Shown here: positions 24,140 to 30,424 of the stretch, piece after piece
Layout of the letters: every line of letters begins with the position of its first letter
Numbering within the stretch: position 1 is the stretch's first letter
IMG/VR virus record: IMGVR_UViG_3300029703_000022
DNA length: 31,769 nt
Strand: one strand, 5' to 3'
From: a virus
Notes under the pieces: model-generated
Seen by the model: the letters and a program-made list of their open reading frames with translations, nothing else
The model's database searches: none
What the model was told of the DNA's origin: nothing
Position numbers and translations under genes: made by a program

Positions 24140-24616
24140 TTATTTGAGCAAACCGCCGGAAGCGGAGCGAGCCTGTATCCAACCGCGATCTAAGTTTGCG
24201 ATATCGTAGCCAAAAAAGAAGCAAACGAAAAGCACAAGGATGATGCAGATAATCAAGCAAATCCGAACGAGCCGCCGATCTTCGTTGTGCTGGCGCATAA
24301 ATTGTGCTTCTTGCTGCGCGAGTCGCACAATCTTATCTTCGCGTTCAAACTCAATGCTTTTCTTCAGGTACTCGATCTGCTCGTTCTCGGAGCCTTCGTC
24401 CGGCATCGGCGGTGTAACGATGTCATATTTGACGGCGGCAAGGATAGATCTAAGCACAACGATGCTCGGGTCGGCCTGCCGTTTAAAAATGCGGATAATT
24501 GTACTTTGTGAGACATTACAAGCGTCCGCAACGTTTTGATAAGATAAGTTGAGCGAGACGCGTCGATCTTCCAGCTTTGGTATAAGCGCGTCCAAATCGA
24601 TTGTCGAAAAATCCAT
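24140..24616 (-). CDS. Membrane-anchored XRE-type HTH protein (158 aa)
   Basis: ATG at 24616 after AGGTG. HTH LSYQNVADACNVSQSTIIRIF, a central charged helix, and a C-terminal TM LVRICLIICIILVLFVCFFFGY. Confidence 0.7.
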   Translation of the reverse strand: MDFSTIDLDALIPKLEDRRVSLNLSYQNVADACNVSQSTIIRIFKRQADPSIVVLRSILAAVKYDIVTPPMPDEGSENEQIEYLKKSIEFEREDKIVRLAQQEAQFMRQHNEDRRLVRICLIICIILVLFVCFFFGYDIANLDRGWIQARSASGGLLK

Positions 24617-24722
24617 AAGAAGCACCTAATTTGTAATTTAAGTCATATATAAAGTACTGTTATGCAAAATTGAATATTTACACCACCGTTTGAGAGGCCT
24701 ATTATTTAATCAAACGAAAGGC

Positions 24723-25016
24723 TTATCTGTAGGTGATAAGCGTGTTAAATCCCGTCCGGTTTCCCGTCATCCCCTGATTGGGAATCGAATTAAATTTTAT
24801 GTCCAAGATTTCGTAGCCTTCCCTTTGCATGCAGTTTAAAACATAGTCAATTTCCGTTGTGTATTTTTCATCGCACTTAAAGACCTGATTAGCAAGCTGC
24901 GAAAAACTGTTTATCAGCACGACGTGAACCGCACCATCTTTTTGAGCTAGATATGGGCGCATATTTGTATAGACATTTTGTGCGGTGTTTTTTTGGTTTC
25001 CTGAGAACAAAGCCAT
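24723..25016 (-). CDS. Hypothetical protein (97 aa), low-GC accessory gene with its own promoter
   Basis: ORF with a GAGG RBS. I recognised no family. Confidence 0.65.
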   Translation of the reverse strand: MALFSGNQKNTAQNVYTNMRPYLAQKDGAVHVVLINSFSQLANQVFKCDEKYTTEIDYVLNCMQREGYEILDIKFNSIPNQGMTGNRTGFNTLITYR

Positions 25017-25060
25017 AATATTTTACCTCATTTCGTATATTTACCTCATAATTTAACTGT

Positions 25061-25089
25061 ATCATATCACTAAAAACGCACGTAGTCAA
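25061..25089 (-). promoter_or_regulatory. Sigma-A-like promoter TTGACT-17-TATGAT (minus strand) for the 97-aa gene
   Basis: -35 at 25089-25084 and -10 at 25066-25061. Confidence 0.5.
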
Positions 25090-25134
25090 CAAATAAATAA
25101 AAAATTTTTTTATAAAAAGAACGGAGTTGAACAA

Positions 25135-25275
25135 ATGAAGACGGTAGAAACAAGGGAAGAAAACAGAATCCGAAAAAACTTAATAGACGCAATTTCAGAA
25201 ATGCTGCTGGATCTCCCCGTAGATACTTTGCGAAAGATTTACATATCTGTATCAATATGGGCGGGGAAAATGTAG
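25135..25275 (+). CDS. Possible small ORF (46 aa) on the opposite strand within the lysogeny module
   Basis: ATG lies 8 nt after AACGGAG. Encodes MKTVETREENRIRKNLIDAISEMLLDLPVDTLRKIYISVSIWAGKM. A terminator follows. No convincing promoter found. Confidence 0.3.
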   Translation: MKTVETREENRIRKNLIDAISEMLLDLPVDTLRKIYISVSIWAGKM

Positions 25276-25290
25276 GCGCACAAAGCAAAA

Positions 25291-25327
25291 GGCGAGGACC
25301 GTTAAAAATTCGGTTCTCGCCTTTTTT
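25291..25327. terminator. Bidirectional intrinsic terminator (ends the repressor gene and the + strand small ORF)
   Basis: Stem ggcgaggaccg/cggttctcgcc, with AAAA before it and TTTTTT after it. Confidence 0.65.
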
Positions 25328-25706
25328 ATTTGTCTTCCGACAATATCTCGCAAATCTTCTCAAGCCCTTTTACAAAAATCGGCAGATACTCATCGGGTAG
25401 CTGCGCCATAGCGCGAAGCAGTCGGCTTCGGTCGTCATCATCGATTTGTGCTCTGGCAAAAATCTCCGCCAATGCTTCCTCACGTGTTTTCTGCTTAAAC
25501 ATTTCGCCTGCACCGGTACGCAACCAGATTAGATCGACACCAAAAACACGGCAAATATCGGCGATTGTGCGATCTCCAATTCCTGATTTTCCAGAACAAA
25601 TAAGGCTCAAACTACCTTGTTTTATTCCTATCTTTTCCGCAAACTCAGACTGCGTAAGGGACGAAGCTTTTAAGACCTTTTGCACACGCTCGTTTATTGT
25701 CTCCAT
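25326..25706 (-). CDS. CI-like repressor (XRE HTH, no S24 peptidase domain)
   Basis: LTQSEFAEKIGIKQGSLSLICSGK HTH. 126 aa. Divergent from the early operon. Confidence 0.8.
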   Translation of the reverse strand: METINERVQKVLKASSLTQSEFAEKIGIKQGSLSLICSGKSGIGDRTIADICRVFGVDLIWLRTGAGEMFKQKTREEALAEIFARAQIDDDDRSRLLRAMAQLPDEYLPIFVKGLEKICEILSEDK

Positions 25707-25727
25707 TCGTTCACCTCCTTATATAGT

Positions 25728-25755
25728 ATTATACCATAATCCGAAATAAAGTCAA
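25728..25755 (-). promoter_or_regulatory. Leftward (repressor) promoter TTGACT-16-TGgTATAAT
   Basis: The reverse complement reads ttgactttatttcggattatggtataat, followed by aaggaggtgaacgaATG. Confidence 0.55.
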
Positions 25756-25787
25756 CAAAAAAATATTTGCCACCAATAAAATAAAGC

Positions 25788-25816
25788 TTGACAATATAGC
25801 TAACCTATGGTATTAT
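25788..25816 (+). promoter_or_regulatory. Rightward early promoter PR: TTGACA-17-TGgTATTAT
   Basis: Consensus -35, 17-nt spacer, extended -10. Lies 44 nt upstream of the first early ORF. Confidence 0.7.
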
Positions 25817-25859
25817 ATAGGTAACAAATAACAGAGAGCAAAAAAAGGAGGTAAATTTA

Positions 25860-26048
25860 ATGTACGAGGTCTTAACGCATGAAGCAGAAAAAGCTATTCA
25901 GATCGTTAAAGCTGTGCCTGCGGACAAACGCGCTCTTGCCGTGAAAATGGCAGAGATTTACGCCGCAGGCCTTGCGGACGGCGTGGAACTGGTAACAATG
26001 CGCACCGAGCGCAAAGACGCAGACGCGACCAACCCGAAAGCGGTGTGA
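25860..26048 (+). CDS. First early protein (62 aa), helical, no obvious HTH
   Basis: ATG after AAAGGAGG. No family recognised. Confidence 0.6.
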   Translation: MYEVLTHEAEKAIQIVKAVPADKRALAVKMAEIYAAGLADGVELVTMRTERKDADATNPKAV

Positions 26049-26074
26049 GTTAAGGAGATAAAGGAGGAAGCGGA

Positions 26075-26194
26075 ATGAGAATGGAAGACCGGGCACGAAA
26101 AGAAGCATTAAAAGTGGTACTGCCGTACATTTTAATGCTTCTCGCCCCGATTTTAGGCACGCTAATCGCGGTTTTGATGTTGTGCTTTTTCTAA
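26075..26194 (+). CDS. Small hydrophobic peptide (39 aa)
   Basis: ATG 7 nt after AAGGAGG. Encodes MRMEDRARKEALKVVLPYILMLLAPILGTLIAVLMLCFF. The 3' end overlaps the convergent gene by 33 nt. Confidence 0.4.
   Translation: MRMEDRARKEALKVVLPYILMLLAPILGTLIAVLMLCFF
26101..26142 (-). terminator. 13-bp perfect hairpin, likely terminator of the minus-strand membrane-protein gene, embedded in the 39-aa ORF
   Basis: agaagcattaaaa ... ttttaatgcttct. On the minus strand it is followed by TTT and lies 20 nt past the stop at 26162. Confidence 0.45.
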
Positions 26195-26479
26195 AACATC
26201 CAGACGGCTTTGCAATGATAAAACCTCTTTTTCCAAGCGATCAAGATGAAAAGTTGCAATTTGCGTTTTATACGCCTCACTGTAAATACGGACAACAAGC
26301 GCAAAGCAAACAATCAAGAGCAGCAAAGAAAGTAGAGACAATGCAATGATAAGCAAAACAGAAAAGGACACATTTGCTGAAAAAACCAGCGGTAAAACCA
26401 CAATCAATATAGGAGCCACAAACGTGCTGGCAATCCACACTATCGGTAGCTTTGGGGGTTCAAAATCTTTTTTATCCAA
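26162..26479 (-). CDS. Membrane protein (two TM segments plus C-terminal coiled coil), antisense to the early operon
   Basis: TTG start after GGAGGTGA. Contains PIVWIASTFVAPILIVVLPLVF...LLIIALSLLSLLLLIVCFALVV then LDRLEKEVLSLQSRLDVLEK. Confidence 0.65.
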   Translation of the reverse strand: MDKKDFEPPKLPIVWIASTFVAPILIVVLPLVFSANVSFSVLLIIALSLLSLLLLIVCFALVVRIYSEAYKTQIATFHLDRLEKEVLSLQSRLDVLEKAQHQNRD

Positions 26480-26506
26480 ATAGGTTCACCTCCTTCCGAT
26501 GATTTA

Positions 26507-26535
26507 AGTATACAGGCAAAGAAAAGCGAAAGCAA
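26507..26535 (-). promoter_or_regulatory. Sigma-A-like promoter TTGCTT-17-TATACT (minus strand) for the membrane protein gene
   Basis: -35 at 26535-26530 and -10 at 26512-26507. Confidence 0.5.
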
Positions 26536-26560
26536 GAGACTAGCCGCTGAAACACGCATT

Positions 26561-26684
26561 CCGGCTTTACCACATGCCGCCCACCAACTGATCCTCCCCT
26601 GAAAACCATGGATGTACACTCCTTTCGTCCTAACAAACACAGATACTGCATAATTTTGCTTTGGGCGGCAGGTGGTAGGGCCGG
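26561..26684 (+). other. Long-range stem (about 23 bp) enclosing about 78 nt, upstream of the 26707 gene
   Basis: ccggctttaccacatgccgccca (26561-26583) pairs with tgggcggcaggtggtagggccgg (26662-26684). There is one mismatch and two G-U pairs that are valid only on the + strand. Confidence 0.4.
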
Positions 26685-26706
26685 AAAATAAGATAGGAGG
26701 TAAACA

Positions 26707-26952
26707 ATGCCAAGATTAAAACCATCGCCCGCAGAACAGCGGAGGCAGACATTTAGGTCGATTATGCGTTATAACGCCGACCGCATGGGCCTGACAACCG
26801 ACGAAAAGACCGCGAAATACTTGGGTATATCCCCGCAGCTTTATAGCTACCGTATGCGCCACCTTTCGGCGTGGTCTTACGAAGACCTGTGCAACATCTT
26901 TAAAAAACTGCGTTTCTCACAAAGCGACATCGAGACGCTGTTTAAAAATTAG
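26707..26952 (+). CDS. Small HTH-like DNA-binding protein (Cro/excisionase-like candidate)
   Basis: ATG after TAGGAGG. TDEKTAKYLGISPQLYSYRMR looks like a helix-turn-helix. Confidence 0.55.
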   Translation: MPRLKPSPAEQRRQTFRSIMRYNADRMGLTTDEKTAKYLGISPQLYSYRMRHLSAWSYEDLCNIFKKLRFSQSDIETLFKN

Positions 26953-26971
26953 AGGAAAGGAGTAATAAACC

Positions 26972-27196
26972 ATGATCTTAGTTTTGTGCGGCAGCATCGC
27001 CGCCGGATGCGCGATCATCACGCTGGCCTACGGCGCGGAAAAAATCCTCGAAAGAGCCGTAAAGCCGCCGAGGAGAAGAAAAAGAGCCGCCCGCCCCGGT
27101 GCGGAGGTCATCGACCTCGGCAAATATCGCAGCTGGCGCGACGCCGTGCGCGTGTATGAGACAGTGACAACGGATAGAGAGGAAAGACAAGCGTGA
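26972..27196 (+). CDS. Small protein with N-terminal TM and a basic tract (74 aa)
   Basis: ATG after GAAAGGAG. Contains ILVLCGSIAAGCAIITLAYG then KPPRRRKRAARPG. GTGA overlap with the next gene. Confidence 0.55.
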   Translation: MILVLCGSIAAGCAIITLAYGAEKILERAVKPPRRRKRAARPGAEVIDLGKYRSWRDAVRVYETVTTDREERQA

Positions 27197-27996
27197 AAGT
27201 TTACAAGGGTACAGACAAAAATATGCAATGCCGAGGCAAGCAATACGTGCTCGGCAAAAAAGAGGTCGCTGACGGCGCAATCCGTTGCGGGAATAAAGGC
27301 TTCCATTCCTGCGAGGCTCCGTTTGATGTGCTGCGATATTATCCTAATATCAACGGCAATCGTTTTTTTGAGGCAGAAGCGGGCGGCAAAATCGATAAGG
27401 CAGAAAATGATGATACCAAATTAGCATCATCAGAATTGACACTCAAAAGCGAGATTAACTTTGCTGGGCTAGTCAAGGCGCAAATAGAGTACACCCGCAA
27501 AAAATCCAATGCAGGAACCGCAGACGGAGACTGGAGCAACCTCGTAGGCGGCGACGGGAGCAAACTCTTAGGCGGCTACGAAAGCAACCTCGTAGGCGGC
27601 GACTGGAGCAACCTCGTAGGCGGAAACGGTAGCAACCTCATGGGCGGCTACAAAAGCAACCTCTTAGGCGGAAACTGGAGCAACCTCTTAGGCGGAAACT
27701 GGAGCAACCTCTTAGGCGGAAACTGGAGCAACCTCTTAGGCGGCTACAAAAGCAACCTCGTATGCGGCAACGAAAGCAACCTCGCAGGCGGCAACTCATC
27801 ACTGATCATTGGACGGAACGGGTGCAACGTAAAAGGCGGGCTCCACTCCGTGATTGTTTTAACGGAGTGGAAATACGATGATAACGGCAATTACGTACCT
27901 ATAGCCGTAAAAGCAGAAATTGTTGACGGCGTGCGGATCAAAGCTGATACGTGGTATAAGCTCAAAAACGGCGAGCTTGTCGAGGCGGATGTATGA
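27193..27996 (+). CDS. Uncharacterised early protein: Cys/His N-domain, 13 octapeptide repeats (x-x-S-N-L-x-G-G), C-terminal cap
   Basis: KVYKGTDKNMQCRGKQY...GFHSCEAPFDVLRYYP, repeats at 27529-27840, and ...IKADTWYKLKNGELVE. Confidence 0.8.
   Translation: MKVYKGTDKNMQCRGKQYVLGKKEVADGAIRCGNKGFHSCEAPFDVLRYYPNINGNRFFEAEAGGKIDKAENDDTKLASSELTLKSEINFAGLVKAQIEYTRKKSNAGTADGDWSNLVGGDGSKLLGGYESNLVGGDWSNLVGGNGSNLMGGYKSNLLGGNWSNLLGGNWSNLLGGNWSNLLGGYKSNLVCGNESNLAGGNSSLIIGRNGCNVKGGLHSVIVLTEWKYDDNGNYVPIAVKAEIVDGVRIKADTWYKLKNGELVEADV
27529..27840 (+). repeat. Thirteen tandem in-frame 24-nt units; units 7-9 (27673-27744) are nucleotide-identical
   Basis: gactggagcaacctcgtaggcggc-type units. aactggagcaacctcttaggcgga occurs three times. 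Confidence 0.95.
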
Positions 27997-28112
27997 GAGC
28001 AGAAAAAAGCGCCCCGGACTGTTGGCGCAGTCACGGGGCAAGGAGAAGAGAAAATATTTTATCAATTTAATTGTAACGGCGCAGGCCGAAAAAGTCAAGG
28101 GGGAAAACGAAG

Positions 28113-30050
28113 ATGAAGCTGCTTAGTTTGAAACTGGAAAATTTTATGGGTGTGAAGGCGTTTGATTTCGCGCCCCTTGGGCATTCGGTGACGGTGCTCG
28201 GCGCGAATGACAGCGGCAAAAGCACGCTGGAAACTGCTTACTGGTGGCTGCTCACCGGCAAAAACGCCGAACAGAGCACGGATTTTGACGTTTACCCTTA
28301 CGGTGCTCCGGAGGGTGTGGAAGCGTCCGTTACGGGCGAATTCGAAGACGATAACGGCGATACGTTCACGCTGACCCGTACCTATAAACGCGAGTTCACC
28401 CGCCGTAAGGGCGACGCGGAATCGGTGTTCAAGGGCAACAAGACGTCGTATCTCATCAACGGCGTGCCGGAGACGCAAACAAAATTTAAGGCGTTTGTCG
28501 CGGAACATATCGCCCCGGAAGACAAACTGTTGGTGCTCGGAAAGCTCCATTATTTTGCCACAGACATGAGGTGGGACGCACGCCGCGCGGTGCTGCTGGA
28601 CGTTTTTGCCCCGCATTTGAGCGACGCGGACATCATCAAAGCGCACGAAGAGCTTGCCCCGCTGGGCGGGTGGATCGGCGCAATGACAACCGTCGACGAT
28701 ATGGCGCGCCAGGCAAAAGCGAAGCGCCGCGAATTAAACGCCGAGCTGAACGAGATCCCGGCGCGCATCGACGAAGCCGAGCGCAGCAAGCCGATTTTGC
28801 CGCCAGAAAGCGAGCGCCCCGGTACGGCGGCGCTCATGAAAGAGAAAATGAAGCTCGTCAGCGAGCTGGAAGGCTATAAAGCCAACGCGGACGCCGCGAC
28901 GCTCCGCACGAGGATCGCCGAACAGAAAGCCAAAGCCGCCGAAGCGAAGGCAGCGTACATAAAGGACAGCACAGCCGGCAGCACGACGATCTCCCGACAG
29001 GCGGAAACGCTCCGAGAACGTATCCGCCGCGCAGAAGAAAAGCAGATGCAGCTTGAGAGAGACTACAAGGCGAATGTCTCTTTGAAAGAGAGCTTTGAGA
29101 AGGAACTCAACGAGCTCAGAAAACGTGCGGTCGATAACCATAATGAGCAGTTTCCGACAGATCAAACAATCTGCCCGACCTGCGGACAGATCCTCCCAAA
29201 GGAACGCTTGGAGGATCTGAAGGCCGAATTTAACACGCGTAAAGCCCGGCGCGGCGATGAGATCACGAAAAAGGGGCTTGAACTGAAAGCTCTGTGCGAA
29301 TCTACGGCGCAGCGTGTAAACGAGTTTGCGGCAGAACTGAAGGACATAGAGATGCATTTGCAGTCCGACAACGAAATGCTTCGCGGTCTGACCGCAAGCA
29401 TCGTTACACCGTCTGCATGGGAGACTACCGTCGATGCAATGGCATACGATACAGAGCTCCATGAGCTGGAAGCGAAGCTGACAAAAGCCGAACAGACGAC
29501 GGATGAAAGATACTTTGCCGCACAGAAGCGCATGGACGAGCTGAATGCACAGCTCGCTTCCGGCGATACCCGCGCAGCTGTCGAAGCACAGATCAAAGCG
29601 CTCGACAAGCGCATCGAGGAGCTGAAAGCACACGAAACATACCTCGGGCGACAGCTTGCCGAAACGGATCAGCGCATTACCTTGGCGGAACGTTTTGTGC
29701 AGCTTCAGGCGGCGGACATTGAGGACAAGATCAACGCAGGCTTTAAACGTGTGCGTTGGGTTATGTTTGACCGACAGGTCAACGGCGGTATCGCACCGTG
29801 CTGCCGGGCGACGGTGCAGAGCAACAAAGAGGACGTTTATACCGCATACGAGAGCAATACAAATACCGCGCGGCAGTATAACGCCGGGTTGGACATCATC
29901 GCGGCGCTTTCCGAAGCGATGGGCTTACATTTACCGGTCTGGGTGGATAATGCGGAAAGCTGCACAAAGTTGGACAGCATCGCAAATCAGATGATTCGAT
30001 TGCAGGTTGCGGCAGAACACAAAAAAATCAAAGTGGAGGCAGACAAATGA
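28113..30050 (+). CDS. Rad50/SbcC-like SMC-type ATPase with a central CxxC zinc hook
   Basis: Walker A GANDSGKST at the N-terminus. Long coiled coil with CPTC at codons 354-357 (29172-29183). C-terminal LPVWVDNAES Walker-B-like segment. Confidence 0.8.
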   Translation: MKLLSLKLENFMGVKAFDFAPLGHSVTVLGANDSGKSTLETAYWWLLTGKNAEQSTDFDVYPYGAPEGVEASVTGEFEDDNGDTFTLTRTYKREFTRRKGDAESVFKGNKTSYLINGVPETQTKFKAFVAEHIAPEDKLLVLGKLHYFATDMRWDARRAVLLDVFAPHLSDADIIKAHEELAPLGGWIGAMTTVDDMARQAKAKRRELNAELNEIPARIDEAERSKPILPPESERPGTAALMKEKMKLVSELEGYKANADAATLRTRIAEQKAKAAEAKAAYIKDSTAGSTTISRQAETLRERIRRAEEKQMQLERDYKANVSLKESFEKELNELRKRAVDNHNEQFPTDQTICPTCGQILPKERLEDLKAEFNTRKARRGDEITKKGLELKALCESTAQRVNEFAAELKDIEMHLQSDNEMLRGLTASIVTPSAWETTVDAMAYDTELHELEAKLTKAEQTTDERYFAAQKRMDELNAQLASGDTRAAVEAQIKALDKRIEELKAHETYLGRQLAETDQRITLAERFVQLQAADIEDKINAGFKRVRWVMFDRQVNGGIAPCCRATVQSNKEDVYTAYESNTNTARQYNAGLDIIAALSEAMGLHLPVWVDNAESCTKLDSIANQMIRLQVAAEHKKIKVEADK

Positions 30051-30409
30051 GCGAATATTTGAAAGATGCCGAAAAGATCACCGTGCCGGTAACCGGCGAA
30101 CCCGTTTCGATCTGGAGCGGCGAGCTGAAGAATATCATTTATGCCATTGATGATAAAATCGTTCGCGCGTTGCGCACAGCGTTGGAAAATCGCACTGGGT
30201 TTGAAGTCAACGCGAAGATCACATTCGCGCCGACGCAACACAACGGGCAGACCTTGTTTGCCGTAACCTACAAAACAAACCATAAATTTGACCCGATACA
30301 GCTCGAAGACAAAGGGGCTCTGAATGACTTTTTGCCGGTGGCAATCGATGAATACGGGCAGCTTGTCATCCCGGACGATGCAGAATATCAGACAATGCTT
30401 GACGACTAA
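30047..30409 (+). CDS. Hypothetical protein (120 aa) between the ATPase and RecT
   Basis: ATGA overlap with the ATPase gene. No family recognised. Confidence 0.65.
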   Translation: MSEYLKDAEKITVPVTGEPVSIWSGELKNIIYAIDDKIVRALRTALENRTGFEVNAKITFAPTQHNGQTLFAVTYKTNHKFDPIQLEDKGALNDFLPVAIDEYGQLVIPDDAEYQTMLDD

Positions 30410-30424
30410 AAGGAGGAACAACAA

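Noticed and set aside
25135-25275. Arbitrium-like (AimP) communication peptide
   Set aside because: It has no N-terminal signal sequence, and there is no AimR-like TPR receptor gene in the genome.
23054-26952. Search for a conventional excisionase next to int
   Set aside because: No small MerR/Xis-like ORF is adjacent to int. The only small HTH candidate is 26707-26952, which I left annotated generically.
27529-27840. Possible CRISPR array (regular 24-nt repeats); likewise the 15-nt repeat at 4535-4607
   Set aside because: The repeats are contiguous with no spacers, in frame inside ORFs, and encode peptide repeats. No cas genes are present.
27193-27996. Pentapeptide-repeat (Qnr/MfpA-like) DNA-mimic protein
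   Set aside because: The repeat period is 8 residues (24 nt), not 5. The repeats are not notably acidic, so a DNA-mimic assignment is unsupported.
27920-28126. 68-aa ORF bridging the repeat-protein gene and the ATPase gene
   Set aside because: It overlaps the end of the well-supported 27193-27996 ORF in another frame, is highly basic and low-complexity, and has no RBS.
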